Source of the DNA: an uncultured Pseudomonadota bacterium
GTDB lineage: Bacteria; Pseudomonadota; Alphaproteobacteria; Rhizobiales; Xanthobacteraceae
Length of the DNA: 64,000 nucleotides
Assembly (NCBI GenBank): GCA_963771225.1
Contig: CAVYSR010000024.1
Location: 101,181 to 165,180, forward strand
Direction: 5' to 3'
This document shows positions 1 through 11,102 of the stretch, in pieces (positions within the stretch are counted from its first letter, which is position 1; each line of letters starts with the position of its first letter). A program made the position numbers and the translations under genes. A model generated the notes under the pieces. That model was not told the DNA's origin. It saw nothing but the letters and a program-made list of their open reading frames with translations, and did no database searches.

Positions 1-1
1 T

Positions 2-568
2 GCGGTTTCCCGGAATGCCCCCGATGCAATGCTTGTCGACGATGATGGCGTCGGGCCATTTCAATTGTGTTCCGGCCCGCGCCATCGCCTGAACCAAAGC
101 GAGCAGCTCGCCGCTGGTCATGAAGCTGGCTGAGCCGATCAGGAACGCGGCGATCTCCATGTCGGAGTAGCGATAATGCGTGAGGTCGCCGATGATGGCT
201 TCGATTTCGGCTGGCTTCAGGGTCCGACCTTGGATCTTGGCACGAACGGCATCGAGGCTTTCGGGGGAAGTTGCGGGACTTACCGTAATCAGGTTGCCCG
301 CGGGTTCGGCAAAGCGCCGGAACGCCGGCTCGGAAAGGCCGATTTCATCGGGGCCGACCAGCGCGTCTTCGTCCGTGATGAGCAGCGTCGCGAGCAGGAC
401 TTTGGCGCCAGTCCGCAACTCGACCCGGCTGAAACCGCGGAAAACATCCGGTCGCAAGGCGCTGGAGTGGCGTGAGATCACGACCACGTTTTCCCGTCCG
501 GTATCCAGGCTGATCCGGCAGACTTTCAGTTGCGGACGGGATTTATCCGTATTGGTGTCTTCGGCCAT
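2..568 (-). CDS. Thymidine/AMP phosphorylase family protein, N-terminal part (runs off window start)
   Basis: Manual translation of the minus strand from ATG 568: [31 protein letters not shown]...[10 protein letters not shown]...[21 protein letters not shown] is typical of the thymidine/AMP phosphorylase family. Not in the ORF track because it has no stop in the window. Confidence 0.85.
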   Translation of the reverse strand, partial: MAEDTNTDKSRPQLKVCRISLDTGRENVVVISRHSSALRPDVFRGFSRVELRTGAKVLLATLLITDEDALVGPDEIGLSEPAFRRFAEPAGNLITVSPATSPESLDAVRAKIQGRTLKPAEIEAIIGDLTHYRYSDMEIAAFLIGSASFMTSGELLALVQAMARAGTQLKWPDAIIVDKHCIGGIPGNR

Positions 569-614
569 TTGATCTCCGCGGCGCGCCGCCCGCGCCAGCA
601 CCGTCCTTGGTCGT

Positions 615-1455
615 TCAATGCGAAAGCAGGATCGGGAGCGGTGGCTTGGACAACAAGCTCTTGGTTGCGCCTCCCAGAATGAATTCGCGCCATCTGGAGT
701 GCCCATAAGCGCCCATCACGAGGACATCGACCTGATGCGAAAGTGTGTAGGTTTCAAGAACCTTGCCGATCGACCTCCCATCGGCGTCGACCTTGTCCAG
801 CACCACGTCGATGCCATGGCGAGACAGGTTCTTTGCCAGTTCCTCGCCAGAGTGTTTGGTATCGAGGCTCTTTTCGTTGGTGACAGTGACGACGCGTACC
901 TTCCGGGCGCGTTCGAGCAGGGGAAGCGCGTCGGAAACCGCCCGGGCCGCCACGCGGCTGAAATCCCAGGCAACGACCACGGTGCCCAGTTCGAATGGCC
1001 GCGCGCGAGGGGTCTCCGGCAGGATCAGGGTTGGCCGGCCCGATCCGAAGATCACCGTCTCCGCATACCATTGGTCATAGGATTCCGGCACCGGCACGAT
1101 AGTGAGATCGCGAAGCCGGGCATAGTCGACCAGCAGCTCCGGAACTTCGAAGGTCGGGCATCTTTCCACGAATCGTCTCGTGCGGAACGCCGGCCTTTGC
1201 CGCGGCCGCGTCGAATGCAGCCAGTAGTCCTCTCGCGCTCTGGCGGCTCTTTTCGGCCTCACCCGCGATGATGCCGGGAATGTTGGCAACCGCGCCCGAC
1301 AGGAAGTGGCCGGGTATCTGAACGTGCACCTCGCAGGAAACCGCGGCAAGGTGAGCGCCGAGCGTGGCGGCAATTGAAACCGCATCATCCAGCACCGAGA
1401 CTGGAGTTGGGTCGGGATAGCTCGTCAGTGTCAGCAAAATATCCTTGAACGCCAT
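615..1455 (-). CDS. Universal stress protein (tandem USP domains), one frameshift near 1165
   Basis: [15 protein letters not shown]... (frame of ORF 1075..1542) joins ...[15 protein letters not shown]...[24 protein letters not shown] (frame of ORF 615..1388). Confidence 0.85.
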
Positions 1456-1505
1456 GCGCCTGTCCCCTTCGAGACGGCAATCTAGGGTCCGGCAGGCATC
1501 GGCTT

Positions 1506-1519
1506 TTGATCCATCGCAA
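1506..1519. promoter_or_regulatory. FixK/FNR-type box
   Basis: TTGAT-CCAT-CGCAA about 50 nt upstream of the USP start; fits TTG(A/C)-N6-(T/G)CAA. Confidence 0.7.
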
Positions 1520-1704
1520 GGGGCCGGGCGCGGCTGGTGCACGAATTAGGGGATTACTACGAGTATTGGTTTGAGCATTTCAAGAGAGAACACGATGATC
1601 CCTGCGCCGAGCATCGGCGCCAGATCGTCGTTGACGTCTTTAAGTGCGTGGATTTCGTATCCGCCCGTATATGGCTCGACAAACCGCGATAGGTGGGAAC
1701 TCCG

Positions 1705-2769
1705 TTACGGAGCTCTTCGATAGGACTCAGCCGCGTCTGAGTTTCGCTCTTTCCAGATCTCCATCAAGGTCAAGGAAAGCGACACGACGAGAGGACCAAG
1801 AACCACGCCCGGTGCGCCCAAGAGGATCACGCCGCCGACGATGGCAATGAACGACGGGATTGTATGCAGCATGAGCTTGCTACCGACTAGAATTGGATAG
1901 ACGACGTTGTCGACCAGACCGACCACGACGGTACCCCATAGTGTGAGGATGGCGGCCGAAGCAAAGTCCCCCGAGACCGCGAGAAATATCGCCGCGGGCA
2001 CCCAGATCACGAAGGCGCCGAGAAATGGTACCACCGCGGCAAGGGCCATCAGAACTCCCCAGAACACCGGGGCCGGCAACCCGAGCCACCAGAACATGCC
2101 GCCGCCGAGCGCGCCCTGAAGCGCCGACACCGCTGCGGTGCCAACGACCGTCGCGAATATCGTGTTGGTGAATTGATCGGATGTCCTGGAAAATTCGGAG
2201 GCAGATAGCGGTAGCGTCTCTTGCGCCAGCTTGACCGCCTTTTCCCGGTCCCGAAGAATGTAGAACAGGAAATAGAACGTCAACAGCAGGTTTATCGCAC
2301 CCGAGAACGAAGCGCGGACAATCGAACCGCTTGACCCGGCAATCCAGGCAACGGCAGCCTGGATGAGATCGGCGAGGTCGAGCCGTTGGTTAACCCATCG
2401 CAACACCGGTGCAATCCGCGGGTGATTGTCGAGCAGATGTGTCCAGCGATCGGCCTCCAGCAAAGGGCTGATCACAGTCACGCTTTTCGCGGCTTCGTTG
2501 AGGAGCGAGCCAACCACCAAAATGCCCGGGACGACCACGATCAAAGCAACAATAGCGACGGTCACCGCGGCGGAAACTGCTGTGGAATGGGCCGACCTTC
2601 GAATTCTCTTATCCAGAGGCGCAAACAGAACGCCCAAGGTGAGCGACCAAACAATCGCAGGAAGGAACGGTAAGGTGAAAAAGTAACAAAGGATCAACCC
2701 ACCGACGATGGCCAATGTCAATATGGCGTAGGAAATCGTCCTACGGTCAGGCAGGCTGCCTCCACTCAT
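1705..2769 (-). CDS. AI-2E family (PerM-like) membrane transporter
   Basis: Multi-TM protein with PFLPAIVW, LLTFYFLFYILRD, VPFLGAFVIWVP and DNVVYPILVG motifs. Confidence 0.85.
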   Translation of the reverse strand: MSGGSLPDRRTISYAILTLAIVGGLILCYFFTLPFLPAIVWSLTLGVLFAPLDKRIRRSAHSTAVSAAVTVAIVALIVVVPGILVVGSLLNEAAKSVTVISPLLEADRWTHLLDNHPRIAPVLRWVNQRLDLADLIQAAVAWIAGSSGSIVRASFSGAINLLLTFYFLFYILRDREKAVKLAQETLPLSASEFSRTSDQFTNTIFATVVGTAAVSALQGALGGGMFWWLGLPAPVFWGVLMALAAVVPFLGAFVIWVPAAIFLAVSGDFASAAILTLWGTVVVGLVDNVVYPILVGSKLMLHTIPSFIAIVGGVILLGAPGVVLGPLVVSLSLTLMEIWKERNSDAAESYRRAP

Positions 2770-2943
2770 GCAGCATTCCGGCAGGCGATCGCAACCGTCC
2801 ACATCTTCATGCTTGCCGCATTCCTTCCCATCAATAAGGGATGATTTTAATAATCACTCTAACCGTTGCCCCGGTTTCATGCCTTGCGTTAGCGCAATAA
2901 ATCCCCATCGCTGGACGCTATCATAATGTTCGGATGACTTCGC

Positions 2944-4521
2944 CTATTCGCAAATGTCCGACAACCGGCTGACCACGTCATGCCCGAAACCGCGCTCGGC
3001 GATTTGATTGAGCTGCGCGTCGACAACATCGCGCAGCTTTTCCATACATTGGATCCGTTTCCGTTCCGGGAACGCGATCTGGATAGAGAGGCGGAAGAGT
3101 TCATTGTCGGTTGGGCTCGCGAATTGCCTACCGGCCGTGCCATAAGGATCATCGTTCACCTGCCGCCACGCTCCTTGTCCTTGAACTTCTAAAGAGGCCG
3201 TTTCGCCGTTCTCTGCGCGCTTGAGAACTACCGCCCACGATTCCAGCCGGACGTCATTCGATCGTGAAAAACGGCTCAATACCCTAATCAGGCCCCGATC
3301 AGGCCAAAGCGCGCCCACCCACGCCGCCAACCCGACCAATATCAATCCGGGGACTACACGGACCGCAAACAAGCGGCCCCCGCTGGTGCCGGCAAGGACC
3401 AGCTTGCTGATCGTGTTGGTGGAAAGTCCCGCGAGAATCGGCAGCACGGCATCGGCCGGGGTCATCTTTCCCGATGCGACGAGCGAAGCCACCGAGATCG
3501 CCGCGGAATGCGTGTCGACGAAGCCGGCAAGCGCTGCGGCCAGAATAATCCCATTCTCGCCGAACCATTCCTGGAGCGCGGCGGAGGCAACCATGATGCA
3601 TGAAAGGGTCAAGGCAAAGACGAGAGCCGTAGTGAAATTGAACGCGCGTCCGCTTTTTGCCTCTTCCCCGGCTTTCTGACGTAGCGCCAGAATCGTAAAA
3701 ATTGTCCCGTAGCTGACCGCAGTCAAGCCTGCGCTTGCGAGCGAAATAGAAAGCGTTCGAAGGGTCGGCAAGCTTGTGGCAGCAAGAACAATCGCCAGTT
3801 GCGCGATCGTCGCGACCGTCGATAGCACCGCGCCCGCGACTGCAGCCGCCATGACGTCGGTCCCGGCTTTCACCCGTGTGCCCATCGCCGCGATTGTTGC
3901 GGTGCTTGAGACGAAGCCTGACGCGAGCCCTGCGACAGGTAGTCCAAATCGGGTACCGAGCATGCGAACCGCAATGTAGCCGGCGCCGCTGATCGCCATC
4001 ACGAGAACTACCAGAATCCAGATCGAATGCGGGTTGAGGGCGCCGTACGGCCCCATCGAACGATCCGGAATAAGAGGCAGAACGACAAGGGTCGCACCAG
4101 CGAAGATCAGAATGTCGTTGAGTTCATTTTCTGTAAGCACCGTGCGGATAAAGCGGTGGAGCCGGGTTCGCGAGGCAAGGAGGATGGCCACGACGACGGC
4201 GAGGCCGCCCGCGAGCGTAGGCTGTTGCGTTGAAAGTCCGCCCAGCAGAACGGTCAGGATCAGCGCGATCTCGGTCGTCAAGCCCGGGTCATCATCGTGA
4301 TCACGCCAATAAGCTATAACGGTCAATGCGATGACACCCGCAGTCGCAATCGTAAGCAATAGCTCGGCCCCAACAATGAAGCTGATTGCACCAACAAGCG
4401 ACGTGACGGCGAACGTTCGTATCCCCGCGGGTGAACGCGCTGGACCCTCGCCTTTGCGCCGCTCGCGCTCAGCGCCGATCAGCAGGCCAATCCCGATTGC
4501 CACTATGAGGTTGACGATCAT
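2944..4521 (-). CDS. MgtC/SapB family membrane protein with DUF4010-like domain (natural end probably near 3290)
   Basis: GIGLLIGAERER, AGIRTF, GLTTE, GFVSSTAT motifs and many TM helices; the last ~110 codons do not look like this family. Confidence 0.8.
   Translation of the reverse strand: MIVNLIVAIGIGLLIGAERERRKGEGPARSPAGIRTFAVTSLVGAISFIVGAELLLTIATAGVIALTVIAYWRDHDDDPGLTTEIALILTVLLGGLSTQQPTLAGGLAVVVAILLASRTRLHRFIRTVLTENELNDILIFAGATLVVLPLIPDRSMGPYGALNPHSIWILVVLVMAISGAGYIAVRMLGTRFGLPVAGLASGFVSSTATIAAMGTRVKAGTDVMAAAVAGAVLSTVATIAQLAIVLAATSLPTLRTLSISLASAGLTAVSYGTIFTILALRQKAGEEAKSGRAFNFTTALVFALTLSCIMVASAALQEWFGENGIILAAALAGFVDTHSAAISVASLVASGKMTPADAVLPILAGLSTNTISKLVLAGTSGGRLFAVRVVPGLILVGLAAWVGALWPDRGLIRVLSRFSRSNDVRLESWAVVLKRAENGETASLEVQGQGAWRQVNDDPYGTAGRQFASPTDNELFRLSIQIAFPERKRIQCMEKLRDVVDAQLNQIAERGFGHDVVSRLSDICE
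2980..3192 (+). pseudogene. Probable truncated N-terminal fragment of a conserved hypothetical protein
   Basis: IELRVDNIAQLFHTLDPFPFRERDLDREAEEFIVGWARELP reads as a natural protein start but ends abruptly after 70 aa. Confidence 0.5.
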
Positions 4522-4585
4522 GGGTGCGGTTATGGCGATATCCTCGCTTCGGGAAGGGGAAGGCGCCGAGCCAAGCCGTGGCGGC

Positions 4586-5409
4586 CTAATGAGACATGAG
4601 ACAACAAAGCGGACACGACTCGAGAATGCTCCGCGTCATGCCGCCGAAGACCCATTCCCCCACCCGGCTGTGGCCATAGGCCCCGGCCACCAGCAGGTCA
4701 GCGTCCTCGTCGAGGGCAAACTGGACCAGATGATCCGCGTCAGATCTGTCGCGATGGACAATTGGCCGAGGATCGGCGCGATCCCGTGCCGCCCCAGGTA
4801 GCGGACGACATCTTCGGTCCGGGCTAACGCATTTCGTTCATCGTCCCGGCTGCAGACTTCGACAACCGAAACGCGTTTGGCGGCGCGTAAAAACGGAATC
4901 GCATCAAGCGTGGCCCGACGGGCCTCACGAGTATCCTTCCAGGCCAAGACGACATGTTCGGCCCGTAACGAGCCGGCGCCCGGGGCTACGAGTAGCGCAG
5001 GCCGGCCTAGTTTTAGAAGCACTTCGCGTGGATATAGGTTTCGGTAATTGTCATAACGGCCCTGGGCCTCCTGCCCGAGAATGACAAGATCGGCGGAGCG
5101 GGATTCACGCGTCAACGCCTCGGCCGGAAAGTCCAGCGCGGTTCGCCATTCGACGTCCGGACGATCCGCACCGACAACACCGCGGAACCAATCTCCTCTT
5201 TTGACCAACCCTGCCTGCATCTGCTTGATGTCGTCTTCCGTTGCTTCCTCGATGATCACGCCTTCGGCAACGAACGGCGGAGGAACGGCGCGGGCCGAGA
5301 TCCCAATCAGCGCTGCATCGAACTTCGCCGCAAGATCTGCGGCTATTCGAACTCTTTGTTCAGGAATGCCGTCGGCATCGACATACACCATCAGGGCTGC
5401 ATAAGACAT
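4586..5409 (-). CDS. Universal stress protein, one frameshift near 4760
   Basis: MSYAALMVYVD...VVLAWKDTREARRA, continuing in another frame as DLLVAGAYGHSRVGEWVFGGMTRSIL...LMSH-stop. Confidence 0.85.
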
Positions 5410-5466
5410 GAGGCCGCTCCTTCTCAAAGGAAAGCCTAAAATTGCCCTGCTTGGCGGATGCCGTTA

Positions 5467-5480
5467 TTGATGCATCGCAA
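5467..5480. promoter_or_regulatory. FixK/FNR-type box between the divergent USP and VIT1 genes
   Basis: TTGAT-GCAT-CGCAA. Confidence 0.7.
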
Positions 5481-5561
5481 ATCGCCTTCGGCATAGCGGT
5501 GCTAATTGGACAGGCCGCCTCGAACGAGCCCGTTTACGCGTCGGCGGCAAGGTGCTACAGA

Positions 5562-6257
5562 ATGCCTACAGTTCCGCATATCGAAAAGCATTTCACCGCC
5601 ACGGAAACCGTACGCGATGTCGTGATCGGCATGGCCGACGGCCTAACCGTTCCTTTCGCCTTGGCGGCGGGTCTGGCGGCCGCGGTCTCCTCGACCAAAG
5701 TTATCGTGACCGCCGGCCTCGCGGAAATCGTCGCGGGCGCGATCGCGATGGGTCTTGGGGGCTATCTCGCGGCCCGGACAGACGCCGAACATTACGGGTC
5801 GGAGCGAGCTCGAGAGAACTGGGAAATCGACAATCTCCGCGAAAAGGAAGTGCAGGAGGTGACAGAGATATTCCGCGGCTACGGTTTGGCAGGGCGAGCG
5901 CTGAAAACGGTGGTCACCGCGGTAACGGCGGACCGTAAACGCTGGCTGGACTTCATGATGCGCTTTGAGCTTGGGCTTGGAGAGCCGGATCCGAAACGCG
6001 CGCCGATCAGCGCCGGGACGATTGCGGCCTCGTATTTCGTCGGCGGGCTCATTCCGCTTACTCCCTATATTCTGACGTCGAGCATTTCGGAAGCATTCGC
6101 ATATTCGGTCGGGTTTACGGGCGTGGCTCTTCTCGTATTCGGCGGCATCAAGGGGCATTTCACCGGCATCAACAAGGCAAAATCCGCCGCACAGACGCTG
6201 CTGGTAGGCGGGCTTGCCGCCGCGGCCGCCTATGCGCTGGCGCATGCCTTCGGTTGA
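5562..6257 (+). CDS. VIT1/CCC1 family Fe/Mn transporter
   Basis: RDVVIGMADGLTVPFAL, AGAIAMGLGGYLA, FMMRFELGL motifs. Confidence 0.9.
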   Translation: MPTVPHIEKHFTATETVRDVVIGMADGLTVPFALAAGLAAAVSSTKVIVTAGLAEIVAGAIAMGLGGYLAARTDAEHYGSERARENWEIDNLREKEVQEVTEIFRGYGLAGRALKTVVTAVTADRKRWLDFMMRFELGLGEPDPKRAPISAGTIAASYFVGGLIPLTPYILTSSISEAFAYSVGFTGVALLVFGGIKGHFTGINKAKSAAQTLLVGGLAAAAAYALAHAFG

Positions 6258-6292
6258 TTTCGTCACCGGCGCTTGCCGCCTCCACGCCGTAA

Positions 6293-6306
6293 TTGATGCA
6301 GGTCAA
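6293..6306. promoter_or_regulatory. FixK/FNR-type box
   Basis: TTGAT-GCAG-GTCAA about 60 nt upstream of ATG 6366. Confidence 0.75.
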
Positions 6307-6365
6307 TGCGGATCGACCTGCGAAGTGTCTATGGATTAAATCTTACCTGCTCTGAGGCTGGTCCC

Positions 6366-6882
6366 ATGAAAGATATCACAGCCGAGACGCCTGTGCGGCC
6401 GGACATGATCTGGGATTTGCTAATCCGGCTATCGGGCATCGCACTATTCGTCCTGCTGGTCATCGCCTATTCCACGGGCGAGGAATTTCCGCATACCCAC
6501 GTCATGATCGGTTACGCCATCGCGGTCCTGGTGGCCGTTGGCATTTTTTGGGCGATCGTCAGACCGCACCACGTCCAGTTTCCGCCGACCGTCTATAGCC
6601 CGCGCGGAATCAAGGAGCTGTTTCAAAGCGCCGACCGGGTTCCCAAAACACTCGCATCGGTGTTCTCTGATCCTGGCAGCGCTGCCCTTGTGCGCGTTAA
6701 TCCTGATGTTGCTGACACATACGCTGTGGGGCACCGCCTGGATCGACGAGATGCACGAGGTGGTCGCTTATTTCGCGGTGGGATTGGTCGCCTTCTATGT
6801 TGCGATGGTGGGCATCGCCAGCAGCGGACACATCGAAGATCGCATGCGGAAGACGTTCGGCGGAAACAAGCATCCATACTAA
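6366..6882 (+). CDS. Degenerate cytochrome b/b6-like membrane protein, frameshift near 6665
   Basis: IWDLLIRL...THVMIGY...WIDEMHEVVAY; two frames join to a four-TM protein. Confidence 0.6.
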
Positions 6883-7555
6883 GTCAGGGCGCCCGCTCAC
6901 TTGAATAAGGCGCCCGCCATCATGGCGAGGCAGGTGACAAGCCCGATTGCAGGTATCCATATCGGAACGGTGACGTGCGGGTTGTCGGACCGCACAGCGC
7001 GGTAGCTCAGCCGCAGCAAGCGCAAGATTGACCAGCGCGAACACCGCCAGCGTCACCAGCGAGGTTGCTTCCGCAAGCGGCGTCAGCGGCACGAACAGCG
7101 CCAGCGGAACGACCAGCGCGGCAATACAGGCGGTAGCGACCAGCGGCGTGCCGGTGCGGCGATGCACCCGCGCGAAGATCGCCGGCAACTCGCCTTCTCG
7201 CGCCAGCCCGTAGACGACCCGCGCCGCCATCGTCATCTGTGCAAGGATCGTGTTCAGCGTCGCCACGATAGCGATCGCGCTGATCGTCGCCGGACTGACG
7301 CCGGCGACCTCGCGAAAGACCAGGCTGAGCGGCGCCGACGAGGACGACAATCGCTCGACCGGCACGGCGCTGACGGCGACCGCTGCGACCAGCGACATAC
7401 AGGACCGTCGAGATGCCAAGGGTCAGCACCATGGCGCGGGGGATGTCGCGGTGCGGGACCTTCGCCTCCTCCACGACATTGGCCAGATCCTCGAAGCCGA
7501 TGAAGGCGAAGAACCCGAGCAGGCTGCCGAAACCGATGCCCCATCGAAGGGTCAC
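6879..7555 (-). pseudogene. 3' fragment of an APC-family amino acid permease
   Basis: FFAFIGFEDLANVVEEAKVPHRDIPRA...ARVVYGLAREGELP...TGTPLVA split over several frames, with no N-terminal half. Confidence 0.75.
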
Positions 7556-7589
7556 TCTTCATTGAACATTCGAAACCACGCGCCGATGC

Positions 7590-8150
7590 TTACGGCTTGC
7601 CGCCAGGAAGCATGCGAATGAGCGTATTGTCGCGAAAAACAAAGTGATGAATCAGTGCGGCGACGCCGTGAAAAATCGCAACGATCACAAGTGCGTTGGC
7701 GAGTATTTCGTGGATTTCCGTTACATTATGCGCAAAGGCGCGGTCGCCTATCCAAGGTGATGCGATTTCGCCGAGTCCGAACAACGGCAGCGCGTTTCCG
7801 CGCGCAAACTGCGCAACGATGCCGGCGATCGGAACCGCAACCAGCAACGCGTAAAGCGTGTAATGCGCAAGACGCGCCGTCGGATCGGCGAGGGCGCCCA
7901 GCCATCTGCCGAATTCGTTCGGCTCGGGGGGCGGCGGCGGCTCGGCCACCCGCCAGACCAACCGCATGACGAGCGCCATCAGGATGACCAGACCCGCCGA
8001 AATGTGGAAAAGGAGTCCCGTATCGCGCGCGGCTCCCTTGGGCAGATCGTCGCCGAAGGTTCCCAGCGTCCACGCCAGCATTACCAGGATGACCGTTAGC
8101 CAGTGCAGGAACCGGGGAGCCAGTCCATACCGTTGGACGGGATTGGTCAT
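7590..8150 (-). CDS. Cytochrome b561 (YceJ/CybB-like)
   Basis: RFLHWL, FHISAG, LAHYTLY, HEILAN, HGVAALIHH haem-ligating His pattern; AGGAGG RBS. Confidence 0.9.
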   Translation of the reverse strand: MTNPVQRYGLAPRFLHWLTVILVMLAWTLGTFGDDLPKGAARDTGLLFHISAGLVILMALVMRLVWRVAEPPPPPEPNEFGRWLGALADPTARLAHYTLYALLVAVPIAGIVAQFARGNALPLFGLGEIASPWIGDRAFAHNVTEIHEILANALVIVAIFHGVAALIHHFVFRDNTLIRMLPGGKP

Positions 8151-8387
8151 TTGTATGATAGTCCTCCTGGTTGGTCCACTCTTTGTCGCAGCGTCAATGC
8201 GAAAACAGGATCGGCAGCAGGTTAAACCCACGACGATTTCGAGCTTTCGATTCACGTCAAAGCTGAACGACGTTCGACCGAAGCCAATTCAGGCGCTCCG
8301 CGATACCCAAAGTTTCGGCCTCAACTCGGCGTGGCTATGGGCACGGGCTTGCGGCCGATATCGAGAGTGTCCAGGGCGGAACTCGCG

Positions 8388-8612
8388 ATGAGCGATGGGC
8401 TTCATCCGAAAATCTCTGGAAGTGGGTTGATGCGCGAGAAGGATTCGAGAATCGGCTGCCCATATCTCGGCACGGACCCGCCGCATGTCGCACCGGTCGA
8501 TGGCCAGGAATATGCTGCGCACAACCATGGCCCCAAACACGCGGGATCGGACGTGAAGAAGGTGAAGCGCGTGGCCATACGGGATGACCCAGAGTCTCGC
8601 GAAGCGAGCTAA
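8388..8612 (+). CDS. Small hypothetical protein
   Basis: 74-aa ORF MSDGLHPKISG...; no recognisable family. Confidence 0.35.
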   Translation: MSDGLHPKISGSGLMREKDSRIGCPYLGTDPPHVAPVDGQEYAAHNHGPKHAGSDVKKVKRVAIRDDPESREAS

Positions 8613-8788
8613 GCGCCCCCGGTTCCCACATGGGGCCCGCAAAATAAAAAATCCGGGAATCCGTGACTTCCGTTGCTGGCACCAAGCAGAAGTCGATCCG
8701 TCGATCATTGATGTCCGTTGGCGGGGGTAAAGCCGAAGTGAGAACAGTTACCGATTGAAACGGATTCCAAGAAAGCCATAATTACTTT

Positions 8789-9217
8789 ATGGCGCAACTC
8801 CCAACCAGCGGGGCAACCGTGGCTACCCCGCATCGCGATGAAGCGGACCTTCAAAAGGTGCTGGCTGAATTGCGCCCTGAAGGGGACTTCGGCGAGTCCG
8901 ATACGACGGTGTTTTACAGACAGTTAGGGAGAATCATTGGTCAGTGGTCGGCTGACGACAATCGGCTGGACATTGCACCGCTGCTCAAGACCTTCTCGGT
9001 GATGGGCAGGGAGCTGAACAAATCAGCCAAGGTCCTCAGCGGACACGAGACCGGCCTTCGCGAGATCCAAGATATCGAGATCGTTTCACAGCTGGCGATG
9101 ATTCTCGCACTGGACCCCGGGGTCGGTTCGCGCCCGCAAGCCGATGAGCTGATAAATCGTTTCGGGGTGACGCCTCCAAGCTGGCTCACGCCTGTCTCGT
9201 GGCCGCCCACGACCTGA
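8789..9217 (+). CDS. Hypothetical protein (possibly truncated or frameshifted)
   Basis: 142-aa ORF with natural helical composition following an AT-richer spacer. Confidence 0.45.
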   Translation: MAQLPTSGATVATPHRDEADLQKVLAELRPEGDFGESDTTVFYRQLGRIIGQWSADDNRLDIAPLLKTFSVMGRELNKSAKVLSGHETGLREIQDIEIVSQLAMILALDPGVGSRPQADELINRFGVTPPSWLTPVSWPPTT

Positions 9218-9359
9218 AGCGAACGGTGGGAGAATATGGTCCCTCACCTCGCCGCGCGCAACGCGGATCGGCGGCTCTAAGAATTTTCGTGCGTCACCAC
9301 AAAAAGACTTTTGCAACAATATCTGCCGGAAGCGGAAGTGCCGCACTCGAAGCCCTAAG

Positions 9360-9662
9360 TCACCGCACTCGTGCGTCGTCGACCCACCACGTCTTTCCGC
9401 GATGCGTGACAACGGCATAGCCGTCGTCGTCTTCGTTGACGACATCGACTTTCGCGCCTTGTGGCAGCCGAATGGGGCAGTTCTTGTTGATCTGCCCGCC
9501 TTTCGGCGTCAGTGACTGCATCGTATATTCGTGCGCAGCGGCCCAACTCGTGCAGGCATAAGTTTCGGCGCTGATCACCCCGGGCCGGGCGTCAGCGGGC
9601 GTCGTGGTGCGGATTGCGAGAACGACCACGAGAACGCTGACGTTCAACAATACCCTGGTCAT
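9360..9662 (-). CDS. Small secreted protein with SH3-like C-terminus
   Basis: Hydrophobic signal MTRVLLNVSVLVVVLA, two Cys, LPQGAKVDVV...GYAVVTHRGKTWWV; GGAGG RBS. Confidence 0.6.
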   Translation of the reverse strand: MTRVLLNVSVLVVVLAIRTTTPADARPGVISAETYACTSWAAAHEYTMQSLTPKGGQINKNCPIRLPQGAKVDVVNEDDDGYAVVTHRGKTWWVDDARVR

Positions 9663-9726
9663 GCTCGCCTCCAGTATTTCGACTTTGTGCCAAAAGCGCC
9701 GTTTCGTCCCCTGCCAGCCACTTCGC

Positions 9727-10671
9727 CTATCGTCCCATGGCGGCGGCCAGCAGCGCCTGCGCCTGCTTTGTTGCCTCGGCAAACGATGGCTGCTGTGTCG
9801 CACGCCGGCTGAAGCAGCGGCTGTACGCGGTTTCACCCTGCTGGCGCAGGTCGCCCGACTTCTTGGCGTCGCCATCCTCGGCCCTCTTATTGTATTCAGC
9901 TCGCATCGCAATACAGGCCGGAATCTGCACGTTGGGCTCGATTGATCCATAGGCGATATACACCTTGCCGTTCGCAAGTGCGGCAACGAACACCTCATCT
10001 GCCGCGTCGGGAATGGTGTCCTGGGTTCGGCCTGCCAAGGTCGCATAGGCAAATGTGGCGGAGGCCGGCTTGGTAATAGGCAGAGAGTTGAAGTTCACCA
10101 CCGCAGACCCGCCCGCGGCCGCAATCGCCTGGGTATAGAAACTTTCGTCCTTGAGTGCTGTCCCGATCTGTTGCGGCACGTCCTTGCTGTCCTTGCCCCA
10201 CCAGCCCTTGTGGGCGCGCAGCCAGCTCACGAGCAGTGTCTGCGTCGTCACGACGATACGGGCCTTTGGCTCGACATACTTGCCGTCGGCGCCGTTCTGA
10301 CCAGCTTTCTCTCCGTTTTTCCCAACGTTGGCGTCGAACTGCAGGCCATCGAGCATGCCAAATCCTTCATCCCCCTTGGAGAGCGTTTCGACATTGAGCG
10401 CGGCCGGTCCGAAGCCGGGGTAAGCGGGTTCGCCCAGTATAGCGCTCAATTGTGCCTTGAGATCGGCGCGCGCGGCGTCCTCAGCCTTCTGCACCGCGTC
10501 ATCGAACTTTCCGGCGTCGTATTCCTTCGAGAATTTCTGGATCGCCTTATCCCGCGCAGCGATGTAGCGATCCTCAAGCGACGGGCTGAGCGGCGCGGCG
10601 GCAGCATTTGAGAGCATCGAACAACAAGCGGCCGCCAAAAGTCCGAAGGTAATGGGTAAGGTCCTGTACAT
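9727..10671 (-). CDS. Secreted hypothetical protein
   Basis: 314-aa ORF with N-terminal signal peptide and GC3-biased codons. Confidence 0.75.
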   Translation of the reverse strand: MYRTLPITFGLLAAACCSMLSNAAAAPLSPSLEDRYIAARDKAIQKFSKEYDAGKFDDAVQKAEDAARADLKAQLSAILGEPAYPGFGPAALNVETLSKGDEGFGMLDGLQFDANVGKNGEKAGQNGADGKYVEPKARIVVTTQTLLVSWLRAHKGWWGKDSKDVPQQIGTALKDESFYTQAIAAAGGSAVVNFNSLPITKPASATFAYATLAGRTQDTIPDAADEVFVAALANGKVYIAYGSIEPNVQIPACIAMRAEYNKRAEDGDAKKSGDLRQQGETAYSRCFSRRATQQPSFAEATKQAQALLAAAMGR

Positions 10672-10754
10672 GTGAGGTGGTCGTTCGCGCGGGCGGCTGG
10701 GTTCAAGGCGAAGCTTGCCCTAACCGGCGAGCTAAACGAAAAAGCGTTCGCTTT

Positions 10755-10860
10755 GGTCATTCGCGTCACCTGGACCGTGTGCCGATGACTTCCGGTCTTC
10801 TCCGATTGGTAGACATTCTCAGTGCCTGTCAGCATGTCCGAAAGTGCCAAAACCGGAAGT
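10755..10860. repeat. Dispersed intergenic repeat (related copy at about 22541-22649)
   Basis: AGACATTCTCAGTGCCTGTCAGCATGTCCGAAAGTGCCA (10811-10849) versus AGACATTTTCAGTGCCCGTCAACATGTCTCAAACGTGCCA (22599-22638). Confidence 0.65.
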
Positions 10861-11007
10861 CGCCAAATTATTCAAATACCCCGTCGGCGCAGACGAGCAG
10901 ACTTGACGCGACAGGGCGGCCGAGAGGCTTGGCCGCCTCCTCCCCTCCCAGCAACCTCGTCGAAATTTCGACGAGGTTGCTTCGCGACCGCAGTTGCCGC
11001 GATCGAA

Positions 11008-11021
11008 TTGATCTATCGCAA
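11008..11021. promoter_or_regulatory. FixK/FNR-type box
   Basis: TTGAT-CTAT-CGCAA about 80 nt upstream of ATG 11103. Confidence 0.7.
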
Positions 11022-11102
11022 CGACGTCCTCCTCTTCGGCGCGCAAATTGTCATCAGTTTCTGCTGGAGATTCGGAGGTATCCGGTGCCTACCCAAACCA
11101 AC

